64,000 nucleotides of DNA from the human T2T-CHM13v2.0 reference genome, Homo sapiens, in assembly GCF_009914755.1 (NCBI RefSeq), contig NC_060925.1. One strand, 5' to 3'. Positions 34,001-48,500 of this stretch are shown in pieces. The position numbers and the translations under genes were made by a program. Each line of letters begins with the position of its first letter. Within the stretch, counting starts at the first letter, position 1. Below the pieces are notes generated by a model, which saw only the letters and a list, made by a program, of their open reading frames with translations, was not told where the DNA came from and did no database searches.

Positions 34001-34452
34001 GTGTTAGTTTACTAGGGATGCCACTACAAAGAACCACAAGCTGAGTGCTTTAAACAACAAAAATTTACGCTTCACAGTTTTGGATGCTAGAAATCCAAGA
34101 TCAAGGGTTGGAAAGCCTGGATACTTTTGTTGTGAGGGAGAGTGTGTTCCTTCTTTCTTTCCTAGCTTTTGCTGGCAATCTGAGTGTTCCTTGTTTTTTT
34201 TTCTGCATCAACCCAATTTCTGCCTTAACCTTCACATGGTGTTCTTCCTGTGTGTGTGTCTATGCTCAAATGTTTCATTTTTATGAGGTCAACAGTCATA
34301 TTAGATTCAGGGCCTATTCTTCTCCAATATGACCTCATATTAACTATTTACACTAGCAACAGCTATATTTCCAAATAAGAACACATTTGTAGATACTTGA
34401 CTATCAGGACTTCACCATATGAACTTTGGGATTGCACAATTAAACCAATAAC
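34001..34452 (-). mobile_element. MLT1A/B/C-type MaLR solo LTR
   Basis: TTAGTTTACTAGGGATGCCACTACAAAGAACCACAAGCTGAGTGCTTTAAACAAC...CACAATTAAACCAATAAC. Confidence 0.85.
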
Positions 34453-35007
34453 TGTGTTCTAATTGCTTTAAAACCTCATTGAATAAATGGAAGAGGAGAC
34501 ATTTTGACTACACCTGAGTTATAAAGGAGAGTTTTAGGTTATTAATGGGCAATGAAGTGGTAAGGCAACCACACAGGAAGACCCTTAGGTGCTACATCAT
34601 GTCCATTTTATTTTTTAATCTTGGAGGGTGAACATCTTTCTTTTTATTTAGGCCTCAAGTCTCTCCACTTTTGAATGTGAGTTTTCCACATTAATTTCCC
34701 TTCAGCTTCACATAATTCTAGTATAACTTAGCTTCAATAATTAAAAAAATAAACAAAATAACCATAATCTACAAAATGAAATAAAAACATAAATCCTGTG
34801 AACTCTTATGGATATCTTTCTGTATTGCACTTGGTGAAGACTGAATCTTGATTTCAATGAGTTTTTATTACTGTAGAGACTTTATTATATTGCATTACTT
34901 TTTCCTTATTTTGATCCAGATAGAGGTTAGGGGATATAAAATACTGACCTTGGATTACCAATGAGAGAACAGAATGTGGTGAAAATATAGAGAAAATGCA
35001 TAGATTA

Positions 35008-35686
<679 letters not shown>

Positions 35687-35879
35687 GATTAATACTTCAA
35701 GTACAATACAATCAACATCAGCATTTAATCTGATGAAGACATTTTCTGAGAGGTCTTCCTTAGCTTCACCACGCATAATTGTGATTGGCAACGTGTGTTC
35801 TATAGAACAGAAGAAGCACAGCTGCACTAAAGAGCCTTTCAATCTCATGTTGGGTAATGACATCAGATCATAGTATCAA

Positions 35880-36363
35880 TATTAAAAGGACACTAGAGAA
35901 AATTATTTCTAAATATGTTGGGTTTACTCAGGAATAGAAATAAGGATTATAATCTAGAATGCATGAAATGGCACACCACCAGTGCATTTGGTGAGGGAAG
36001 AACAAAGGTGAGTTTTCATTAGGAAAAAGAGATTTACATAAGCTGCTTAGAAACTGAGTTCATTGGTTTCAGAGGTTCAAAGCCAGAGTTGTTGTCAGTT
36101 TATTAATGAAGATGCCATGAATGGGCAAGTGTTCTTCTGCAGACATTTGATCTGAATTACTGCAGTCCTAAAGAATGTCTAGTGATAAACATTATCAAAG
36201 CAGGAGGATGCCAAAGGGTTTTAGAAAATCCTCGGAAACAGTTCTTAAGAAACAGTTCTTATCTCACATTTGTAAAGCGAGCATCCTCTCTTTCAAAACT
36301 TCTTGATCCTATTATATCTGGGTCTAAAAAAGGTGCTTTCATTTGGTATTTGCAGTTTTCACA
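35880..36363 (-). mobile_element. Probable ERV1 (MER4-group) LTR
   Basis: About 480 bp with LTR-like composition, ending TTTGCAGTTTTCACA; family not resolved. Confidence 0.4.
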
Positions 36364-36501
36364 AGAGCATAATGAATATTTCATTTAAAGACACATACCT
36401 GAGATTGTTGAAACCAAGGCCATTATTTCATGACATCTTATGCTTGAACTATAGTAATGTCTTGCTGAATGTCTTGAAAAATGAGTATAGCTTCTTGTGT
36501 C

Positions 36502-36812
<311 letters not shown>

Positions 36813-37584
36813 TAAATTATAAAATAGATGAACTATGTTTTCAGTTATGATGAAAGAAGCATAATAATGCTTCATTTGTAAATGGAAACACAATTAATCA
36901 AATACAAGTAACATCTGAATAATTACTTCTAAAATTTAAATAATTATATAATTACATGATTTCAAATTGACTAAACTGCATTTTATTAAGCCCATCAATA
37001 AACAAATGGCACAGCATCTTCATATGTATAAAGAAAACCCTGTATAACCTTTTTGTTTTATTTATAGTCAACTACATGGCAAGTATTTTATTTTAACTGC
37101 ATCTATCATAGTTTATAGAACTAGTTTTTGATGTCAACAGATAAACTTTCTAATGACTTACGATCAGAAAAAGGAATACAGATGTACTGTACATCAGATT
37201 CTCCTTTCCTCATTAGTACAGCAGCTGTTTAGCTGACAGTTTGAATGATGTTTTGGAGTTTATTCTACATCACTTTATAATTTATGGAAGTTTTGGTTAA
37301 ACCTTCTCACATTCATCTTTAGTTTACTGCCTAAAAAATAAGATACAATTATCTTAGACAAATGACCTATTATATTATTAAAGCATGATTATCCACAGAG
37401 GGACCAAATAACCAAATAGCATGAGTGATATAATATAAATGCATCCAAAACATATAAGATAACAAATTATATTTCAACATATAAGTGCAATACAATTGTG
37501 AAAACTCACATGAGGACTATCATAACACTTCACAGAGAACACAAAGAGGACCTATATGTCATATTTTTTTCAGGTGTAATTTTT

Positions 37585-37828
37585 AAATTTTTTTATCAAT
37601 GAATAGTAATTGTATATATTTATAATATACAATATAATGTTTTGATATATGTTGTAATGTAGAATGATTAAATCAGGCTAACAAATTCATCATTGCATAT
37701 ATTCTTTTGGTAAAAGCATTTAAAATCTACTTTTTTAACAATTATGAAATATACATGCATTATTACTTATAGTCACCATTCTGTGCAATAAATCACGGAA
37801 CCTTATTCCTCCTAACTAAAACTCTGTT
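37585..37828 (-). mobile_element. L1MA 3' end fragment
   Basis: TAATTGTATATATTTATAATATACAATATAATGTTTTGATATATG...TATAGTCACCATTCTGTGCAATAAATC. Confidence 0.8.
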
Positions 37829-38285
37829 AAGAAAACATTATATAGCTCAAGCATATTTCTTAAGAAGTAGCTCAAATTATCCCCCACATGCTTACACAAT
37901 TAATGTAATTCAAATAAAAGCCTAAGTAATTTATGTGAGAGAGGAATTGAAAGCTTTTAAGATTATTCCAATCTCCATGTGTAATAAAAATAATGCAATG
38001 GCAGCCTGGGAATATTCGGAATATAGGAATAATATGCCATGGAATAGTTTGTATTAAGATACTATTAATTTGCAACATAAAGCTTCTGTTACTGGTGTAA
38101 AAATGGGCATACATACTAAGACAAAAAAATATAAACTGCGGACAATATTTCAATAATATATAAAATACAGTATGTAATTCAGGTAGCATTTTAATGAGAA
38201 AAATGATACTTCCATATATTGAATCTCAGTTCATTCCTGATGCAGGAAGCAGTTAATTTTTTAAGAACTCAGCCATGAAAAATAG

Positions 38286-38808
<523 letters not shown>

Positions 38809-38813
38809 GTAAA

Positions 38814-39182
<369 letters not shown>

Positions 39183-39619
39183 TGAAGGAATGTTGTTCTC
39201 AAAGTCTTTGGAGCCATCTCTTTAAAAAGTAATTGTCAAGAAAGATAGTGTTCCTATCTCCCAGTCTCTGTTTGAAGTTAAGTAGAAGCCTAACTTAAGC
39301 TAGGGGTTTGGTTGCTTTGTTCCAAGTTATAAAATTAACTCCTGTCATAAAGATAGGAAAAAGTTCACTTTTCTTTGGGTAAAGCCAATTAGAAAATGCA
39401 GATTGATACCCTCCTGATCAATCCTTTTTGCTTGAGTATGATCTTCTCTTCACACTGCTCTTTTTATTTTTCTTCTATTTTTTTTTTATTTTCTGTTTCA
39501 ACAGAATTGAGTTCAGACTGAGTCCTGGCTTTTGTCCCCTATTGCAATAGTCAGGAATAATGTCTTCCTTGCCTGCTTGTTGGTGAAGTTCAAGTTGTTA
39601 ATTGACACAAGATTTCAGA

Positions 39620-40200
39620 CCAAGCTCAGATCCTTGAGGTAGTGGTTGTGAAAGTGCAGCACATCTTCATACTCAATTGTGTCAGCTATATCAGAACACA
39701 CCATAGGCTAAGGACATTGGAGGGGAAAAAGTAAGACTCTGAGACACATGATGGGGACAAGAAGAAGTGTGAATCGCTAAAACCTTAGACTTTTTATTTT
39801 CATGGAACAGCTATCATCTCTTCCAAACATCACCCTTCCAATCATAACCAGCCTTCCCTGTCGTAAAAGCCTGTTGCTATCGATGCCTAGTTTGTTGCAA
39901 ACTCCTCAGAATCCATACTTCTATATCTCCCTCCTGACCTGCTCTCCTGATCAATCCTTTGTGCTTCAGGTGCATAAGTAACACAGCTAAGTTGTAATAA
40001 ACCAAGTGAAGAATTAACCTAACTGCCTAAAAAAGCACCCCACCAATTCATGTTCCCAGGATTCTGGAAGCATCTTGGGAATATATTTTCTGAGTGTTAT
40101 CATCAAGCAGAAGAACAATATCTAGCTTTATCTAGCCAAATTTATCAAATATGAGTACTCTTTTTCACGATTCTGAATTTATTGTGTTGACAATAAATTC
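39620..40200 (+). mobile_element. Probable ERVL/MLT internal (gag-like) remnant
   Basis: GACTCTGAGACACATGATGGGGACA and CTAGCCAAATTTATCAAATATGAGTACTC..GATTCTGAATTTATTGTG resemble ERVL gag text. Confidence 0.4.
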
Positions 40201-41554
40201 TCACCCGGAGAAAGAATGAAAGCATATTTTCCATAATTGTATCAGAAATCAGATGTTTCCTTAAAAATTTTCCTCATTGTATTTCACATGTTTCTTGAAT
40301 TCCCCCTTGGAAGATGTGAGTTTATTCTAAATGTTTCCATTTTGGAAAGAAAAATGCAAAGCTCTGTATTGAAGGAGAGGAAAAGAAGCTTTGCCCTAGT
40401 CATTACAAGATCAGATTGACAATCGATTCTTAGTATTATTAATGATATTGCTTCTTGAATATCCTATCAAAACAATGTTTTCCTACTTTAAACCAAAGAG
40501 TCAATATCTAATGAGAAAGGCATGAATTTGTACACTATTAATGGTGCCTATCTTTATATTTCCATTTTGTTTTACTTTCAAAACTAGTTACTTTGGCAAA
40601 AGCAAAAATACTGTAAAGAAAGAAGATATGACAGCCAGAAAAATTAAAGGATCCAATGCAAGAGTGGTGAGAATAAATTCCAGGGAAGGGTGCTAAGCAA
40701 TCCCATGATGCCACTGTGCATCAGGCCTGGAGGGGGAGCTGTCCAAGGTAGAGAAGATCAATGGGAAGTATTTCTTCTAAAAAGTAAAATGGATATAATT
40801 CCAATGTATTTAAGCATATTTAAAAGAAATTTGTTTTTCTTAGTTTTAATGCCTTATAAGGAACACAAAGTAAATATAATGTAAATATAAACTCTAGGGG
40901 AAACAAAATGTTGTACAAAACAAGAAATGATAAAATACTACCTGGCACTTTGTGAATCACATTTATTTAATCATAATGTCATAAGCCTAGAATAATAATC
41001 CAAACAAAATTAAAAGAAATGCTTATGCTTATATGTTTATGGAATGTAAAGAGGGCTAGGATTACCAAAATATTGTGAAATCATAATGGTACAATTATGA
41101 AAAGCTAATAAATAATGCATGAAAGGAAAAATAAGGGTGTAACATGTATGCCATTTAGATATATTGATGTAAACAATATATAAGAAAGTATTGATAATTT
41201 TGTCCTATAACAAGCATTATTAAACAATTTACTCTAAAATAATTTTGTTTGTAATTTTCATGGCAAAAATGAAATTAAATTAAATTGAAGATAAAAAGGA
41301 GCCACATTTTTGTGTTTTATACTATTATCTTTATATGGTTCAAAAACATACAATAATTTTAAAATCATAAGCAAGGAAACAGAGATACATGGCCTAACAA
41401 ATACAAAATGAATATTCTAGATTAGTTTTACCTACGTCCTATTAAAAAAAAAAGTTAGATACTAAACCACATTTTGCTGTAGCACCCACTTTCTGTTGAT
41501 ATATCTTGTCTTCTAATGAATTCTTGTTTTACACAGTATAATATAAAAACCATT

Positions 41555-41883
41555 GGTCAGGCATGGTGGTTCATACCTGTAATCCCAGCACTTTGGAAGG
41601 CCGAGGCAAATGGATCACCTGGGCTCAGGAGTTGGAGACCAGCCTGGGAAATGTGGCAAAACTCTGTCTGTACCAAAACAATATAAAAATTTAGCCAGGC
41701 ATGGTGACGCAAGCCTGTGGTCCTCGCTACTCCAGAGGCTGAGGTGGGAAGATCTCTTAGCCTGGGAAACAGAGGTTGCAGTGAGCCGAGATCATGCCAC
41801 TGCACTCAACCTGGGCAACAGAACAAGAAATATGTGATATAAATTATATATATATATATATATTTTGAGACCCTGTCTCAAAT
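41555..41883 (+). mobile_element. AluJ with an AT-rich insertion before its 3' end
   Basis: Diverged Alu; terminal GAGACCCTGTCTCAAA displaced to 41867-41882; probable TSD AAAACC(A/G)TT at 41546 and 42061. Confidence 0.9.
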
Positions 41884-42150
41884 ATATTTGTATATAAATA
41901 TACAAATTTATATACAAATTAATGTACAACATAAATAAAGATTATATATATACATTGTATCCATTACATTTTTATGTATATATAATGATTTTATATGTAC
42001 ATAAATATGCATTTTATGTATATATAATGATTTTATATATACATAAATATGTATATATGTAAAACCGTTATATTCTTAATATAATATCTTTAATCTACAT
42101 CATTTTTATATATTTATATATGTAATATAAATAATAAAACACGTAATAGA
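41830..42150. repeat. AT-rich low-complexity block with palindromes and a 42-bp tandem duplication
   Basis: TTTATGTATATATAATGATTTTATAT(G/A)TACATAAATATG at 41971 and 42013. Confidence 0.9.
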
Positions 42151-44723
42151 TATATCTCATCACAGCACTTTATAATGTATTTCAAATGGGGAAGAAGCAT
42201 AGAAATGACTAGGAAACTCTCTGCTCATAGAAAAATGACACACACACATACACGTACATTTACTGGAGTAGCAGAGGAAGTTGCAATTGGCCTGAATATT
42301 GGTACTACCCTAATCACTTCTTTAAAGGCTATTATTCAGGACTTATTTTTCTTCTTCTATGGGACATGCAATTTAAATTATAAATTTACTCATTCTAGAA
42401 AAAAATTCAAAAGGAACTTGAAGTTATGTCAGTATTTGTGTGTGTGTGTTTGTGTGTGTGTGTGAATTATATTTCTAGTTGACTTATTTGCAGTTGCATT
42501 TTGGCTGAGCAACAAAAATCTGCCCTTGGCACAAGAAAGGACTACTCATATTTGTATAAGTGTGGATTCTCTCCAAATATAATTTTGTCATTTGTCCAGT
42601 ATACTAGCTAACTTGGAATTTCTGAACTCTTCCAATGAGGAAAGGGCTATAAAAGGAAAGTGTGTGAAATGTTACATGAGATAAGACTTGGAGTGGTTTT
42701 TCAGGAAAGTGAGTATTCTGAGTTTTGGAGATGGTCATATCTCAGTTCATAATTTTTCCCCAGGGAGAGATGTATGGAAAAATTTGATGCTAATGTGAAA
42801 AACAGTTTATCAATGTGGAAACAGTTGTAAATTAGAAATCAGATGACCTGAAATCATGTCACCTATCGGTTAGTCAGCTGCAGAATTTGGGGCAGCTTTA
42901 TTTTATTGCTACGCCTTTTTGTTTAGGTGTTTGTTTGTGTTTCTTTTTCTTTTTTTTACATGAAAATTAGAAGTTATAACTGGATGTAATGTTGTCTCGA
43001 GGTTATAGAATAGGAATTAGAGTGAGGGAGAAGTAAAAAGTTTTATTTCACCAGAGTCTGGTAGAAATGCAAACTGCTCCTTGCTTCTCGTCTCCAAGAA
43101 GTTGTCAACAGGTAAATATAACCCTTAATGCTACTGAAGAGTATTTAAGTATCTGTGTTCCTTCCCTGCATAAGCATCTGTGTAAGGAAAGTGTTGTCTT
43201 TTGCTTCTGTCTAGTTAATATATGTCTTTGTCTGTTGAGTCAACTGGACAATAATTTATTAGTAATTGGAAAGAATTACATTGTAAGTTTCACCTGTCAT
43301 CTATGACTATTTCCATGTAACTAGAAAACCAGCTATAGGTGAAGGTTTCTTTGCCTTTCTCATCCTTACTTGTTCTCTTTTCATCTAGAAGAATTTTATT
43401 AAGCCACTGGCAGATGCCAGTTACTATGGTAGGTGCTGGAGATTCAATAATATGCAAGACAGATCTGGCCTCCCAGGGATTTTTATATTCATGTGGTCAT
43501 GCACACCTACCTTTTTTGGAATCTCTGGTTATGTGCACACAAGTGCAAACAATTGTTAATGCCCCCGCTTGTTGAGTGCTTTCCTGAAAGGCAGAGCTAA
43601 TTTAAGGTGATTTTCCCAGCTGACCAACTCGCTAGCCCGAACAGGTGACTTCTATTCCTTCAGTTATGATTGACAGAGCTGTGAACAAATGAAACTGAAT
43701 GACAAATCTAGATAAATCTGCTGCCTAAAGCTAAAAAAAATGTAAAATAGGTTAAAGGCAGGGCAAATGTAATGTATACATTGATTAAACAAGTTGGATG
43801 GAGGATGGTATAATAAAGAACATGAATTGGGTACCTAAGTCTATTACAAAAAAATCAGTCTTAAACAAACTCCACTCTACTCTGTATGTGTCATAATTAT
43901 GCACTAAGCTTAAACTCGTGACTGGTAAATTTCTATTAACACTTTAACTGTTCAATTGCTCTAGTTAATCGGACTTCAATCTTAAAATAATAATAGTAAT
44001 TCTTCAACATGTTTCAGAATATTTATCTAACAACAGGCAATGATAAGTAATCATAATACCTTATTAGAATCCTAATAAAAAATCACAGCATCCCTGTTTC
44101 TTCAGCAGCCATGTGTAATTCTTATGTGAATGAATACTTATGAATATACTTCTCAGATAAAGTGTTATGATAGCATTCTTTCTACTCCTTCACTTTATAC
44201 ATCTTATCTTTTCAAGACTAAGACCACTTGTTTCATTAATAGCTTTATGTACAATATAAGCAAATACATTTCTATATCATGATATTTAAATATTGAAATA
44301 CTTTAATTCATTCTAGGAAAGGGAGATTCAGTGACTCCTCTTCTGCCAAATTTGCAATTCTATTTTAATATACTTAGTACACTGCATCTTTCAAGTATTA
44401 TAACACAAAATTAATTGTATTCATAAAAAGAATAAAAAGTGAAAAATTTCTTGAATAGTCTCCCATTTTATAGAAGCCTTTTTTCTAAAAATAAAAAGTA
44501 ATAAGATTAATCGAAATTAGTAGAATAAGATTACATTGACTTTATTGGACTTAGTACATATATAATTTCAGTTAATTACCATATAATGTATGCTTGTCAT
44601 AAAGCATAATTTACTTTTCTATAGGTTCATATTAATATACAAATATGCAACCAAAATATCTCCATAGATTTGTGATTATTCATAGTGGTGCATATATTTT
44701 GTTATACATAACCATAACATTTA

Positions 44724-45041
<318 letters not shown>

Positions 45042-45320
45042 CTATATTAATATAAAATATATATTTATATATTATCTTTTATTTTAATTTATTTGATGTT
45101 AAATCGATATGATTTTTAATTTCAGATTCTGTTTTGCTGCATTCAAACATCTATAATGACTGAGACATTTTGCTTCTTTCAGTTGAATCACTGCTTCTTC
45201 AAACAGTGTTCGTTGATAAATATAGACTTAAAAAAGCTAGAAGCTCACATTAGTCTAAAAGACTTTGTTGCCTCAAAATAGTAACTCTCTTACTGAAAAA
45301 TTTCCTTCACATTATAATAT

Positions 45321-45322
<2 letters not shown>

Positions 45323-45355
<33 letters not shown>
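45323..45355 (+). repeat. (AC)16 microsatellite
   Basis: Direct inspection. Confidence 0.97.
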
Positions 45356-45357
<2 letters not shown>

Positions 45358-46723
45358 AATACACATAGCATCATTTGATTTAGTCTTAAATTCAAGCCAT
45401 TCATTTTTTAAAATGACACTTGGTAAAATGAAACTTTTAAGAAAAATTGCAATTAGAATTTTTTTGAAATAAGTAATCTATAATGATTACAGCAAAATTA
45501 GGAAAAGATAAAGAAGTATAGAAAAAATTGTAATATATAATATCACTATCAATTCACTGTATTGTGTCTACTTATCTTTTAATTTTTTATATTGCTGCAG
45601 AGATCAAGGTATTTACTGATTTCTTAGTATAAATACTACTATCCTTTCATTTGTATTTATCTGATAAAGATTTATCCTTGTATCATTAACACACAGCTTA
45701 AAATGACATTTTATACATAATACTAAACAGGTATCTTCATTACATGTATATACACAATTTGCCAAAATGTCTCTAGTTACCTTGCCATTGTCAAACTCAT
45801 TGACTAAATCCTTCATTTTCTCTAAAATGAGACATGGAAGGTTACTTCCAATCTCTGGTATCTCGCTAGGCAGAGAAAGTCATTTCCTTCTTTTTCTACA
45901 ACATAATTTCAAATTAAAAACAGACAAAAGCAATAATAAAAATTACTCACCCAGAGCAAGTTGGCAGTGATTACCTCATTAGGCTATATATCTGCAGGTG
46001 ACAGCCATTTTATTTATGTTTAGGCATTGTTTTGAAAGTATAATATAATTTACAGAATCTCCAGAATAAGCAACTTTAAAATGTATTCACAATGCTTGGG
46101 TATAATTACCCATTTAAAATTTTAAAAAATAGATGATGAAGAAATGCAGCAGCACAATGGTAAGATATTTTAGAGTTAGTGAGAAATGTACTAGTGAGAT
46201 AATAATAATTTGCACATTACCATATTAATTCTGTTTTTACAAGCAATATGCTTCTCATAGACTAGGCATATAATACAAAGTTTGTGTAGTATAAGACTTT
46301 AAATACATGTGCACACCTCATTAGATTGTGCTTCATGTTATTGTGCTTCACAGATATTGCATTTTTTACATATTGAAGTTTTGTGTCAAGCTTGCTTTAA
46401 GGAAGACTATTGGCATCATTTTTCCAACAGCGTGTTTATTTTGAGTCTCTGTGTCACATTTTGATAATTCTCACAATGTTTTAGACCTTTTCATTATTGT
46501 ATCTCTTATGGTGATCTGTGATCAGTAATCTTTGATGTTAGAACTGTAATTGTTTTGTGGCACCATGAATCACACCCATATAAAATGGTGAATTACATAG
46601 GAAATGCTGTGTGTGATATGACTGCTTGGCTCACCAGCCATTCTCCCATTCTGTCCCTCTCCTAAGGCCTCCCTATTTATGAAAAACAACACTATGAAAA
46701 TTAGGCCAATTAATAGCACTACA

Positions 46724-48500
46724 AAGGCTTCTAAGTGTTTAAGGGAAAGGAAGAATATACCTCTCTCACTTTAAATCAGGGGTGTCCAAGGGAGAGACTA
46801 GTCATATGTTCTCAGTTTCTGTTTCTGGTTGGGGCAATATGGCCGCTTCCTCATCCCTCTTTTCCACTTATCACTAGAGACAAAAGCTAAAACCATGGCT
46901 TCAGGCTGCTCAAAACCTAAAACAAAACAAAACAGAACAACAGCAACAACAAAATAAGGCAGGTTGGATAAGCCTGGTTTAAATCAAAATCTCAAAATGA
47001 TTTAGTAAGGAAGGCATACCTAAAGCTAAGATGATGGGCCAAATATCAGGCCTCTTTTGGCAAACAGTTAGCCAAGTGGTAAATGCAAAGGAAAGGTTCT
47101 TGAAGGTAATGGAAAATGCTACTACAGTGAACACATGACCACACAAATGATAAGAAAGCAAAACAGCCTTATTGCCAATAATGGAGAAAGTTCCAGAGGT
47201 CTGGATAGAACATCAAACCAGCCACAACATTCTCTTAAGCCAAAACCTAATCTAGAGCAAGGCCCTAACTCTTGTCAATTAAATGAAGGCTGAGAGAGAT
47301 GAGAAAGTTGAAGAAACATTTGAAGCTAGCAGAGGTAAGTTCATAAGGTTTAAGGAAAGAAGCCCTTTTTCCATAACATAAAAATGCGAGGTGAAGAAAA
47401 AAGTCCTTGATATAGATGCTGCAGCAAGTTATCCAGCTCTAGTTAAGATAACTGATGAAAGTGACTACACTAAACAACAGATTTACAGTGTAGATGAAAC
47501 AGCCTTATATTGCAAGCAGAAGATGGCATCTAGGACTTATATAGCTAAGATAGTTATCCTAGCTTCTTGTCAATGTCTGGCTTGAAAGCTTCAAAGGGCA
47601 GGCTGACTCTCTTGCTGGCGGCTAATTCAGCTCATGACTTTAAGTTGAAGCCGATCCTCATTTACCCTTCTGAAAATTCTAGGGTCCTTAAGAATTATGC
47701 TACATGTACTCTGCCTGTGCTCTAGAAATGGAACAACAAAGCCTGAATGATAGCACATCTGCTTACAGCATGGTTGACTAAATATTTTAAGCTCACTGTT
47801 GATATCTACTGCTCAGAAAATGAAGACTCTTTTCAAAACATTACTGCTCCTTGACAATGCATCTGGTCACCCAGTTGCTCTGATGAAGATGTACAGTGAG
47901 ATTAATGTTGTTTTCATTCCTGCTAACAAAACGTCCTTTCTGCAACCCCTGAATTAAGGAGTAATTTCAACATTCAAGTCTTATTATTAACAAAATACAT
48001 TTCATAAAGCTATACCTGCCACTGATAATGATTTCTCTAATGGATCTTGGCAAAGTAAGCAGAGCTTTCTGGAAAGTACTCACCATTCTAGGTGCCATTA
48101 AAAACATTTGTGATTCATGGGAGAAAGTAAAAATATCAACATTAACAGGAATTTGGAAGTAGCTGATTTCAATGCTCATGGATGACTTTAAGAGGTTTAA
48201 GACCTATTAAGTGGAGGAAGTCACTGCAGATGGGATGAAAAGAGCAAGAGATTTAGAATTGAAATGGAGCCTTAAGATGTGACTGAACTGCGCCAATCTC
48301 ATAATAAAACTTGAACAGATAAGAATCTACTTCTTACAGCTGAGCAAAGGAAGTTGTTTCTTGAGAAGAAATCTACTTCTGATAAAGACACTGTGAACAT
48401 GGTTGAAATGGCAACAAAGAATTTAGAATATTTCATAAACTTATTTGAGAAAGTAGCAGGAAGATTTAAGAGACTGATTTTATTTCTGAAAGAAGTTCTA
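46724..48500 (+). pseudogene. Tigger1 pogo-family DDE transposase remnant
   Basis: The N-terminal MASKCSSERK..SLTLNQK region is recognisable (ATG mutated to AAG); KQQIYSVDETALY in ORF 47391-47585; [11 protein letters not shown] at about 47840. Many stops and frameshifts. Confidence 0.88.
46777..46976. mobile_element. hAT-Charlie MITE (MER107-like) nested in Tigger1
   Basis: Imperfect TIRs CAGGGGTGTCCAA...TTGGATAAGCCTG, 200 bp; 8-bp TSD CTTTAAAT/GTTTAAAT. Confidence 0.85.
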
